DNA of 37,860 nucleotides from Propionibacteriales bacterium (GTDB lineage Bacteria > Actinomycetota > Actinomycetes > Propionibacteriales > Nocardioidaceae): positions 1 through 37,860 of the forward strand of contig JBBSRN010000001.1 of assembly GCA_038242985.1 (NCBI GenBank). Direction: 5' to 3'. Of this stretch, positions 21,196 to 29,137 are shown piece after piece (the stretch's first letter is position 1; each line of letters opens with the position of its first letter). The notes below the pieces were generated by a model, which did no database searches, was not told where the DNA came from, and was given only the letters and a program-made list of their open reading frames with translations. Made by a program: the position numbers and the translations under genes.

Positions 21196-22269
21196 TCAGC
21201 CTGTGAGCTTGACTCGGATGGCGCCGAAGTCGGCGCCCGGATTGACGCCGTAGGAGTCCACGCCTTCGAGCTGGACGACAGAACCGGTGAAGTAGCCCTG
21301 GATGCCGCGGCACTTGCCGGTGCACGACGGAGCGGCGGGGTCCACCTTCACGGCCGCGACGCTGTTCTTGTCACCGAATCTCCAGCCGGTGAAGACGAAC
21401 GGCGCATAGCCCTTGACGTTGGGCCACCGTCCGTTGCCCCAACCCGACCAGCCGATCGATTCACCGACGGCCATGAGATAGGTCTTGCCCTGCACCAGCG
21501 CGTTCATTCGCGCCGCACAGCTCGACGGGAAGTCCCAGTTCTGCGGATAGATCTTCCCGTTGTTGTCACCGAGAGCGGTCGAGGCCAAGCACCGTGAAGC
21601 ATCGAATGAGGTGCTTGCGTGGTCGACGACCCACAGGGCGCCGACGATGCTGGTGTTGGTGCCGCCGTTGGGCGCCGCGCACGAGCGCTGATTGGTCTGC
21701 GAACTACGATCGTCCTGATCGCCGTCGTACCGATACAGCTTGTGCGTGCTGTTGGGGTTCAGGCGCCACGCGTTGTAGTCGCACACGTCCAGCGTCATCG
21801 GGATCGTCGAGCCGGCGGTTGGCACCTGGCCCCACGTGACCGTGCTGGCGGCGGTGACGGTCTTGGGCTGCACCCCGAGCGTGGCCGCGAACCTCATCGG
21901 CACGGACATCGCGTCCTGGAGCTTCGCGGTACCAGATCCCGCGGACACGCCGCCGGGGATGCTGGCCGTCGCACCCGGGGCGTTGGCGTTGTTCATCAGC
22001 TGTGCCGTCGCGAGCGCCCCGGCGTTGGTGCAGCGCTGCTTCTGGGTGCTGGTCGCCAGGGTCCGGGTGGCCCGCGCGCAGTCCTGGCCGATGGCCAGCG
22101 CGGCACTGTCGGAAGCCTTCTGCACGTTGGCGCGCTGCAGCACGAGGTTGCCCGAGTCGATGCTGAGGCCGACAGCGCCGATCAGCATCGGTGCTGCGAC
22201 GGCGAACACGATCGCCGCCACGCCGCGGTCGCGACCGGCGGCAGATCGGCGGATGGTCAGGCGGAGCAT
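21196..22269 (-). CDS. TadG-like pilus protein / minor pilin with Cys-rich exported domain
   Basis: RDRG|VAAIVF prepilin-like leader, IDSG..., QKASDSAALA TadG motif. Confidence 0.78.
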   Translation of the reverse strand: MLRLTIRRSAAGRDRGVAAIVFAVAAPMLIGAVGLSIDSGNLVLQRANVQKASDSAALAIGQDCARATRTLATSTQKQRCTNAGALATAQLMNNANAPGATASIPGGVSAGSGTAKLQDAMSVPMRFAATLGVQPKTVTAASTVTWGQVPTAGSTIPMTLDVCDYNAWRLNPNSTHKLYRYDGDQDDRSSQTNQRSCAAPNGGTNTSIVGALWVVDHASTSFDASRCLASTALGDNNGKIYPQNWDFPSSCAARMNALVQGKTYLMAVGESIGWSGWGNGRWPNVKGYAPFVFTGWRFGDKNSVAAVKVDPAAPSCTGKCRGIQGYFTGSVVQLEGVDSYGVNPGADFGAIRVKLTG

Positions 22270-22676
22270 CGTGCGACCGCCTTTCCGGTGGTCGAGAAGG
22301 TGGCGGGGACACCCGGCAGCAGGCTGGGAAGGGGGGTCACCGCCGCGATGTTGTTGCGGACGATGGTGACGGTGATGTTGGAGTAGGTCCCATCAGGCGA
22401 TGCCGCGCACTGCCCACCGCCGCCGGCGCTGAAGGAGTACGCGAACGACGCAGAAGCTGGCACGCCGGCACTGCGACCGGCCGCGGTGGCCGAGCCAGCG
22501 TTGTTGTCCAGGGAGTACGACCTCGCTGCCACCAGGGCGGCGTTGTTGTACATCGCGGTGTTCTTGTAGCGGTCGCCGAACTCGATCGCGCCCATGATCA
22601 GGGCGAGCAGCAGCGGGGCGATGAAGGCGAACTCCACTGCCACGATTCCGCGGTTGTCCCGCTTGCGATGAGTCAT
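22257..22676 (-). CDS. tadE: TadE family pseudopilin
   Basis: RDNRG|IVAVEFAFIAPLLL..MGAIEFG, AALVAAR. Confidence 0.85.
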   Translation of the reverse strand: MTHRKRDNRGIVAVEFAFIAPLLLALIMGAIEFGDRYKNTAMYNNAALVAARSYSLDNNAGSATAAGRSAGVPASASFAYSFSAGGGGQCAASPDGTYSNITVTIVRNNIAAVTPLPSLLPGVPATFSTTGKAVARCSA

Positions 22677-22695
22677 GATGATCGACCTGACGAGA

Positions 22696-22734
22696 TGACA
22701 GCGCCGCGGGCCCCTCGGGACCCGCGGCGCGTCA
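22696..22734 (-). terminator. GC-rich stem-loop between flp and tadE (attenuator or mRNA stabiliser)
   Basis: GCGCCGCGGG(22701-22710)/CCCGCGGCGC(22721-22730) perfect stem, extendable by TGAC/GTCA; no U-tract. Confidence 0.65.
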
Positions 22735-22752
22735 GCTCACTTCAGAGTGACT

Positions 22753-22956
22753 TCAGGCACCCGCCGCGGGGAGGATGGTCCCGAAGATCCTCTTGATTTC
22801 GCCACCCAAGAGGATCGCAGCAGCGCCGACAGCGGCGGCGATGCCGACGGCGAGCAGCGCGTACTCGATGGCGGTGACGCCACGGTTGTCGCGACGCTCG
22901 GTGATGGTGGCCTCGAACGACGCGAGGACCGAGTACAGCTTGATGAAACCGTTCAT
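22753..22956 (-). CDS. flp: Flp family type IVb/Tad major pilin
   Basis: RDNRG|VTAIEYALL with E5/Y6; 67 aa; SD AGGAG at 22967-22963. Confidence 0.92.
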   Translation of the reverse strand: MNGFIKLYSVLASFEATITERRDNRGVTAIEYALLAVGIAAAVGAAAILLGGEIKRIFGTILPAAGA

Positions 22957-23011
22957 GATGTTCTCCTGTGAGTCTGACTGCGTACCCGATCGAGCACGTC
23001 TCCCACCCGAG

Positions 23012-23075
23012 AATCTAGGGGGCCCTAAGTCCTGGGACTATAGTCATTTGGAACTAATTACAGGACCAATGTCCC
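23012..23075 (-). promoter_or_regulatory. candidate flp promoter (-10 TAGATT) with tandem 14-bp palindromic boxes
   Basis: TAGATT 23017-23012; GGGCCCTAAGTCCT 23020, GGGACTATAGTCAT 23034, AGGACCAATGTCCC 23062. Confidence 0.5.
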
Positions 23076-23133
23076 AGTCACGATGAGCCATTGCCATTGA
23101 CATTGCAGCCCCACTGCAATCACCGACAAAGAC

Positions 23134-23167
23134 GTTGAGGGCCCCACGGTGACGCGGGGCCCTCAAC
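23134..23167 (-). terminator. terminator downstream of tRNA-Ala
   Basis: GTTGAGGGCCCC/GGGGCCCTCAAC 12-bp perfect stem followed by GTCTTTGT on the minus strand. Confidence 0.8.
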
Positions 23168-23173
23168 AGCGAG

Positions 23174-23246
23174 TGGAGCATAGGAGATTCGAACTCCTGA
23201 CCTCTTCGATGCGAACGAAGCGCGCTACCAGCTGCGCCAATGCCCC
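23174..23246 (-). tRNA. tRNA-Ala(CGC)
   Basis: GGGGCATTGGCGCAGCTGGTAGCGCGCTTCGTTCGCATCGAAGAGGTCAGGAGTTCGAATCTCCTATGCTCCA; cloverleaf, G3:U70, anticodon CGC; CCA not encoded. Confidence 0.97.
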
Positions 23247-23270
23247 TCGGGCGAAACTTTATCAGGCGGG

Positions 23271-24062
23271 TCAGCCGTTGACGGCGCGGCGCTCGTCGGC
23301 CGCTGGAGCAGCTTCGTCGCGCTGCGGGAGGGACTGGTTCTCGCCCTCGATGTGCCCCGAGGTCCAGGCACCCGGCTTGGTGAAGTCGATGGTGCGCACG
23401 GTCCGGCCGGCGCGCGGCTTGGTGACGTACGTCGGGACCGTCACCGGCAGCGGATCCCACAGGGCCTCGCCGCTGGTGGAGACACTGGGCACGGCGATGA
23501 CGATCTGGTCGTCCAGCGCGTCGACGGTCAGCGAGGTGGACTCCATGACGTGCTGGCGCCCCGGATCGACCTCCTCGTACTGGTCGGACACCACGACGGT
23601 GTCCTCCTCGTCGGCCGGCTTGGCTACGGCTGGCGTTGCGGCTTCCTGTGCGCTGTCGCCAGACCGGGTCCGGGACAGGCCCCGCTCGCCGCGCACCTGG
23701 ACCCGACACGCGACCAGCCAGGTGAGGATCAGCACGACGGGGGCGATGACGCCGAGCCACGGCAGGACCGAGGCGACGGCCAGCGCGGTGGTGGCGGCCA
23801 GCAGGGCGATGAGGGTGAGCAGGGTGCGCCGGCGACGGCGGGCGGCCAGGCGCGCGGCGGGACGATCGATCGCGACTGGAGCGGGCGCGGCCTTCGCGGG
23901 GGCCGGTGCCGCGCTCGGTGCGATGACACGTCCGGTGGTTCCGGCGTCGTCGACGGAGGCGTTCTTGCCGGCGTCGTCGTAGCGGCGCAGGGCGAGCGGC
24001 ACGAAGTACGCCGCCCACACGGCGACGACGAAGGCGATGATCAATCCGCTGCTTGCTCCCAC
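23271..24062 (-). CDS. SepX/GlpR-like divisome membrane protein
   Basis: SSGLII..VVAVWAAYFVP, AARRRRRTL + 2 TM, WDPLPVTVPTYVTKP, RAVNG end; rimJ-X-tRNA-Ala synteny. Confidence 0.78.
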   Translation of the reverse strand: MGASSGLIIAFVVAVWAAYFVPLALRRYDDAGKNASVDDAGTTGRVIAPSAAPAPAKAAPAPVAIDRPAARLAARRRRRTLLTLIALLAATTALAVASVLPWLGVIAPVVLILTWLVACRVQVRGERGLSRTRSGDSAQEAATPAVAKPADEEDTVVVSDQYEEVDPGRQHVMESTSLTVDALDDQIVIAVPSVSTSGEALWDPLPVTVPTYVTKPRAGRTVRTIDFTKPGAWTSGHIEGENQSLPQRDEAAPAADERRAVNG

Positions 24063-24143
24063 CTGTCACACGCTAGATCCTGGCCCCGTGGTTCCTCGGG
24101 AGCCACCGCCGTGTGTCGCCAGGCAATGTGTGACGGATGTGAC

Positions 24144-24737
24144 TCAAGTGGTTCTGGTCGCGCGCTCCAGCAGTCCACCGGGCACGTCCTCGGTCACCAG
24201 CTGGAACACGCGGTGGTCACGCCAGCTGCCCGCGATGTGCAGGTAACCCGGCGCCAGGCCGATCTCGGTGAAGCCCAGCTTCTCCACGACGCGCAGGCTG
24301 GCCACGTTCTCGGGTCGGATCGCGATCTCGATGCGGTGCAGACCGGCCGCCGCGAAGAGGTGGTCGCACACCAGCGCGACGGCGATGGGCGTGATCCCGC
24401 GGCCCGCGTGGCTCTGCGCCACCCAGTACCCGATGGTCGCCATGCGGGCCGATCCCCACGTGATGCTGCTGACGGTGACCATGCCGACCATCTCGCCGTC
24501 CCAGGTGGCGACGAACGGCATCGACAGGCCCTTGCGGGCGCGGCGCCGCAGCACACCGGTCATCGCCACGAACGACGTGGCCGGCGGGCCGGCCTCCGGG
24601 GGCAGGCTGGCGTCCCACGGTCCGAGCCACGGCGCGTTCTCGCGTCGCAGCCGCGCCCACGTGGACGCGTCGCGGCGCCGGAGCGGCCGCAGGCCGATCG
24701 ATCCGTGCGCCAGCGCGACCGGCCAGCCGGGGCTCAC
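24144..24737 (-). CDS. rimJ: RimJ-like GNAT N-acetyltransferase
   Basis: IGYWV, GLHRIEIAIRPEN.AS.RVVEKLGF, YLHIAGSWRDH. Confidence 0.85.
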   Translation of the reverse strand: MSPGWPVALAHGSIGLRPLRRRDASTWARLRRENAPWLGPWDASLPPEAGPPATSFVAMTGVLRRRARKGLSMPFVATWDGEMVGMVTVSSITWGSARMATIGYWVAQSHAGRGITPIAVALVCDHLFAAAGLHRIEIAIRPENVASLRVVEKLGFTEIGLAPGYLHIAGSWRDHRVFQLVTEDVPGGLLERATRTT

Positions 24738-25225
24738 CTACCGGACCCGGGGTGGTCGCCGCCGGCGAGCTGGTCGACGGCGTGGGGCACGAGATCGGCC
24801 AGGACGGCGATGCCGTCGCGGACGCCCCCGGGCGAGCCGGGCAGGGTGACGACGAGGGTGCGACCCGCGACGCCGGCGACTCCTCGCGACAGAGCGGCGG
24901 TCGGCACCCCCTGCGCGATGCCGAAGGCACGGATCGCCTCGGCCACGCCCGGCAGCGCGCGATCGAGCAACGGAGCGACCACGTCGGGAGTGCGGTCGGT
25001 GGGGTTGATGCCGGTGCCGCCGGTGGTGAGCACCACCGCGACGTTCGAACCGATCGCATCGGCCACGGCCTCCCCGACCGGGGAGCCGTCGGGCACCACG
25101 ACCGGGTCGGGGGTGTCGAAGCCCCACTCGCGCAGCGCCGCGACGAGCAGCGGCCCGGTGTTGTCCTCGTAGATCCCGGCAGCGGCGCGGTTCGAGGCCA
25201 CCACGACCGCAGCGGAGCGGGTCAC
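24734..25225 (-). CDS. MogA/MoaB molybdopterin adenylyltransferase family
   Basis: ASNRAAAG, TTGGTGINPTDRTPD, LSRGVAG, LPGSPGG; GTG 25225 overlaps moaC stop. Confidence 0.9.
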   Translation of the reverse strand: MTRSAAVVVASNRAAAGIYEDNTGPLLVAALREWGFDTPDPVVVPDGSPVGEAVADAIGSNVAVVLTTGGTGINPTDRTPDVVAPLLDRALPGVAEAIRAFGIAQGVPTAALSRGVAGVAGRTLVVTLPGSPGGVRDGIAVLADLVPHAVDQLAGGDHPGSGR

Positions 25226-25695
25226 GGCCGGCTCCACGTGCCGCTTCGACCGCCGGACTTGGCGATGACCTCGACGTCGGTGATGCGCGCGGCCTTGTCG
25301 ACGGCCTTGACCATGTCGATCACGGTGAGCGCCGCGACCGTCACCGCGGTGAGGGCCTCCATCTCGACACCGGTGCGGTCGGCCGTCCGGACCGTGGCGG
25401 TGATGGCGACGGCGGCGTCCTCGACGACCACGTCCACCTCCACACCGCTGATCGCGAGCGGATGGCACAGCGGCACCAGGTCAGGGGTGCGCTTCGCGGC
25501 CATGATGCCGGCGATGCGCGCCGTGGCGATCGCGTCGCCCTTCGGCACGCCCTCGCCGCGCAGCAGGTCGATGACCACCGAGCTGACCTCGACCCGTCCT
25601 CGCGCCGTGGCGGTGCGCGCCGTGACGTCCTTGCCGGTGACGTCGACCATGCGGGCGGCGCCGGCGGAGTCGAGGTGGGTGAATCGTTCGGTCAT
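25222..25695 (-). CDS. moaC: cyclic pyranopterin monophosphate synthase
   Basis: FTHLD..GAARMVDV, LVPLCHP, TGVEMEAL, DMVKAVD, KSGG. Confidence 0.96.
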   Translation of the reverse strand: MTERFTHLDSAGAARMVDVTGKDVTARTATARGRVEVSSVVIDLLRGEGVPKGDAIATARIAGIMAAKRTPDLVPLCHPLAISGVEVDVVVEDAAVAITATVRTADRTGVEMEALTAVTVAALTVIDMVKAVDKAARITDVEVIAKSGGRSGTWSRP

Positions 25696-25717
25696 GTCGG
25701 CCCCCTTCGTCGCCGGC

Positions 25718-27109
25718 TCAGAACGGCCGGTCGAGCACGAGCGTGCGTACCGTGTCGCCCATGTTGAGCGCCGTCTGGTCCTCGCCCACGATGATCAGCG
25801 CGTTCGCCTGGGCCAGCGCGCCCACCAGGTGCGAACCGGTCCCCTCCAGCGGGGTGATCTTGGCTCCGCGGTGGGTGACCTCGAAGACACCGCGCAGGTA
25901 CTGACGGACGCCGGGGCGGGAGGTGACGTCCTGGGCGAGCACGGCATGGACCATGGGGCGCCGGTACGGCGTGCGACCCATCATGCGGCGGATGGCCGGC
26001 AGCACGAACACCTCGAACGACACATAGGCCGACACCGAGTTGCCCGGCAGCGTGATGATCGGCGTCTGCTCGTCGAAGACCTTGCCGAAGCCCTGCGGCT
26101 TGCCGGGCTGCATCGCCACCTCGACGAAGTCGACGGTGCCCAGTGCCGAGAGGGTCTCCTTGACGACATCGTGGTCGCCCTTGCTGATGCCGCCGCTGGT
26201 GACCACCAGGTCGGCCCGCACGAGCTGGTCGGACAGCACACGACGGAAGGTCTTGGGGTTGTCATCGACAGCCCCGACCCGATAGCAGATGGCGCCGGCG
26301 CTGCGGACCGCTGCGGCCAGCATGTAGCTGTTGCCGTCGTTGATCGAGTCATAGTCCAGATGCGTGCCGGGCTCGCGCAGCTCTGAACCGGTGGACAGCA
26401 CCACCACGCGCGGACGGGGCCGGGCACGGACCCGGGGCGCACCCAGCGACGCGAGCAGCCCGATCTCGCGCGGACCCAGCACCGTCCCGGCGCTGAGCAC
26501 CTCGTCGCCGGTCCTGACATCGGTGCCCTGAAGGCGGATGCAGGCGCCGGCGTCGGCGGACTCGGTGATGGTGACGCGGTTGTTGCCACGATCGGTGGCC
26601 TCGTACGGCACCACGGCGTCGGCGCCGCGCGGAATCGGGGCGCCGGTCATGATCTTGACCGCGGTGCCGGCGCTGATGGCGAACGGCTTGGCCGAGCCGG
26701 CTGCGATCTCGCCGACCACCGGCAGCACGACCGGGGAGTCCGAGCTGGCGCCAGCGACGTCCTCGGCTCGCACGGCGTAGCCGTCCATCGAGGCGTTGTC
26801 GAAGCGGGGCAGGTCGATCTCGCTGACGAACGCGTCGTGCAGCGGCAGACCGAGCGACTCCACCAGCGGCTGGTCGTACGCGGTGAGGGGACCGATGCCC
26901 CGAAGGATCTTCTCCAGGTGGTCCTCGACGGTCAGACGGCCCTCGACGATGCTGGCCGGGCGCGGTCGTGAACGCGGGCCGTCCGGGCGCGGTGGCGGAT
27001 CCGGATCCGGCTCGGGATCCGGCGGCGGTGCGGGGAGATCGCCCCATCCAGAACTGGCGTCGGGACGGGGGCGCGATCCCTCGCGGGGTGCCGCGTCGTC
27101 CGTTCCCAT
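25718..27109 (-). CDS. moeA: molybdopterin molybdotransferase MoeA / gephyrin-like Glp with Pro-rich N-terminal extension
   Basis: PRFDNASMDGYAV, IMTGAPIP, STGSEL, TSGGIS, MQPGKPQG; ATG 27109 is 7 nt after TAGGGT. Confidence 0.92.
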   Translation of the reverse strand: MGTDDAAPREGSRPRPDASSGWGDLPAPPPDPEPDPDPPPRPDGPRSRPRPASIVEGRLTVEDHLEKILRGIGPLTAYDQPLVESLGLPLHDAFVSEIDLPRFDNASMDGYAVRAEDVAGASSDSPVVLPVVGEIAAGSAKPFAISAGTAVKIMTGAPIPRGADAVVPYEATDRGNNRVTITESADAGACIRLQGTDVRTGDEVLSAGTVLGPREIGLLASLGAPRVRARPRPRVVVLSTGSELREPGTHLDYDSINDGNSYMLAAAVRSAGAICYRVGAVDDNPKTFRRVLSDQLVRADLVVTSGGISKGDHDVVKETLSALGTVDFVEVAMQPGKPQGFGKVFDEQTPIITLPGNSVSAYVSFEVFVLPAIRRMMGRTPYRRPMVHAVLAQDVTSRPGVRQYLRGVFEVTHRGAKITPLEGTGSHLVGALAQANALIIVGEDQTALNMGDTVRTLVLDRPF

Positions 27110-27119
27110 GTCCGTCACC

Positions 27120-28493
27120 CTAGCCGCCGCCGATCCGGGCGCCGGGGTCGACGCTCTGCGACGTGCCGTCGTCATCGAGCGAGACATCGCCGACCACGGC
27201 CACGTCGCGCCCGAAGCGCCAGTCGCCCCGCACGGTCAGCGAGGTCGCGTCGACCAGGGACAGCGGTGTCGGTATGCGGGCGTCGAAGTCCGCGATCGTG
27301 GTGAAGAACCGGCGGTCGAGGTCGATCAGCGGCGGATCGACCTGGGCACGCACGCGGTGGTCGTCGCCGACCCCGTAGACGTCCGAACGCAGCAGCAGCA
27401 GGTCGTTGGTGGTCTTGACCGGCAGGAACCGCGAGCGATCGACCTCGATGGCGGTGGCGCCGTCGAACACCTCGACGGCTGCTCCCATCGCGGACTCGAT
27501 CTGCACCACCGGCGTCGACGCCGGATCGGAGGGATCGACGGTCTTGGCGTTGCGGATCAACGGCAGGCCCAGGATCCCGTTGCGCTCCCGCAGGAGGTCA
27601 CGCAGCGCGCCGAGGTCGAACCAGAGGTTGTTGGTGTGAAAGTAGCGGTGCCGCGTCGGGTCAGCGGTGGCGGCAGCGTCCTCCGGCGCGGTCTGTGCGG
27701 TCTCGCGCAGCACCAGTCGGCCGTCGCTGCGCCGGACGACCAGGTGCCCGCCCTTGACGTCGGCGGGGGTGCGCCGGCACACCTCCGCCGCGTACGGCGA
27801 TCCGGTGGCGGCGAACCAGCCCATCATGTGCGGATCGGGCGCGGCTCCGAGGTTGTCGGCGTTGGACACCGTGGCGTAGCGGTAACCCTGCTCGATGAGG
27901 GTGGACAGCACGCCGGAGACCTCCAGCGCCGTGTAGAGGTCGCCGTGGCCCGGTGGGCACCACTGGAGGCTGGGGTCGGCCGGCCAGTCGACCGGTGTGA
28001 GGTCGTCGGCCCGGAGCTTGGGTTCCTGATTCTGCAGGAAGTCCAGCGGCAGGCCGTCGACCGCGAGGCCGGGATGCTTCGCGAGCGCGGCGAGCGAGTC
28101 GTCGCGGGTGCGAAAGCTGTTCATGAACAGCACCGGCAGCCGCACGTCCCACGCGGCCCGCACGTGCATGACCTGGCCGGCGATGACGTCGAGGAAGTTC
28201 TGCCCCCGGCGCACGGGCAACAGGGTCTTGGCGCGATCGAGGCCCATGGACGTGCCGAGGCCGCCGTTGAGCTTGATGACCGCCGTGACTGCGGCAGCGT
28301 CGCGGCACTGCTGCTCGGAGACCTGCAGAGCACTGGCGTGGTCGATGTCGGTCAGGGGCGAGACGTCGTCCTCGCGGATCAGACCGGAGGCATCGTCTCC
28401 CAGCTGGTCGTAGAACGCCGAGAACACCTCGATCGCACGCTCGGCGACACCTGCCGATCGCATCCGCTCCTGCGCCATCTCCAGTCCCGACAC
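27120..28493 (-). CDS. UTP--glucose-1-phosphate uridylyltransferase, eukaryote-type UDPGP family
   Basis: KLNGGLGTSMG...K, MNSFRT, WCPPGHGD, SNADNLGA, DVKGG, TNNLW, RFLPVKTTNDL; 457 aa. Confidence 0.92.
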   Translation of the reverse strand: MSGLEMAQERMRSAGVAERAIEVFSAFYDQLGDDASGLIREDDVSPLTDIDHASALQVSEQQCRDAAAVTAVIKLNGGLGTSMGLDRAKTLLPVRRGQNFLDVIAGQVMHVRAAWDVRLPVLFMNSFRTRDDSLAALAKHPGLAVDGLPLDFLQNQEPKLRADDLTPVDWPADPSLQWCPPGHGDLYTALEVSGVLSTLIEQGYRYATVSNADNLGAAPDPHMMGWFAATGSPYAAEVCRRTPADVKGGHLVVRRSDGRLVLRETAQTAPEDAAATADPTRHRYFHTNNLWFDLGALRDLLRERNGILGLPLIRNAKTVDPSDPASTPVVQIESAMGAAVEVFDGATAIEVDRSRFLPVKTTNDLLLLRSDVYGVGDDHRVRAQVDPPLIDLDRRFFTTIADFDARIPTPLSLVDATSLTVRGDWRFGRDVAVVGDVSLDDDGTSQSVDPGARIGGG

Positions 28494-28552
28494 CCCAGCA
28501 TCTTATCGGCGACGACGCGCCAACCGCAGCGAGCCCTCGTAGGGTCGCCTCC

Positions 28553-29137
28553 GTGACGTCCAAGCCTGATCTGCGCTCCCAGCTGCTGGCACGCCGTGCG
28601 GCGATGTCGGACGGCGAACGGGCGGCAGCCGCCGGCGCCATCGCCCAGCACGCCGCCGCGACTCCCGCCTTCGTCCACGCTCGCCGGATCGCGGTGTACC
28701 TGTCGATGCCGTCCGAGCCGGGCACCGGACCGCTCATCGCGGCGCTCGCTGCACGCGGCGCGGAGCTCGTGGCGCCGATCTCGATGCCGGACCGCACCCT
28801 CGACTGGGCCGTGGTCGAGCCCGGCGCGCCGACGACCATGGCGTCGATCGGCACCGCCGAGCCGACCGGACCACGCCTCGGACCCGGGACCCCGTCCACC
28901 TGCGACCTGCTGGTCCTGCCCGCGCTCGCCGTCGATCACGCGGGTCACCGGCTCGGGCGAGGTGCGGGCTACTACGACCGTGCGCTCGCCACCGTGGAGG
29001 TCCCCCGGTGCGCCCTGGTCTTCGCCACCGAGCTGGTCGAGCACGTTCTGCACGAGCCGCACGACGTCCCGGTGCAGATGGCGCTCACGCCGCAGGGGCT
29101 GTTCCGCGTGCCGGCTACGCCTGCGGTGCGCTCCTGA
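28553..29137 (+). CDS. 5-formyltetrahydrofolate cyclo-ligase
   Basis: K..LR..LLARR, YLSMPSEP, PALAVD..GHRLGRGAGYYDR, EPHDVPV. Confidence 0.92.
   Translation: MTSKPDLRSQLLARRAAMSDGERAAAAGAIAQHAAATPAFVHARRIAVYLSMPSEPGTGPLIAALAARGAELVAPISMPDRTLDWAVVEPGAPTTMASIGTAEPTGPRLGPGTPSTCDLLVLPALAVDHAGHRLGRGAGYYDRALATVEVPRCALVFATELVEHVLHEPHDVPVQMALTPQGLFRVPATPAVRS

Noticed and set aside
23097-23125. TTGACA on the plus strand as an antisense promoter toward tRNA-Ala
   Set aside because: No TANNNT at 16-18 bp spacing
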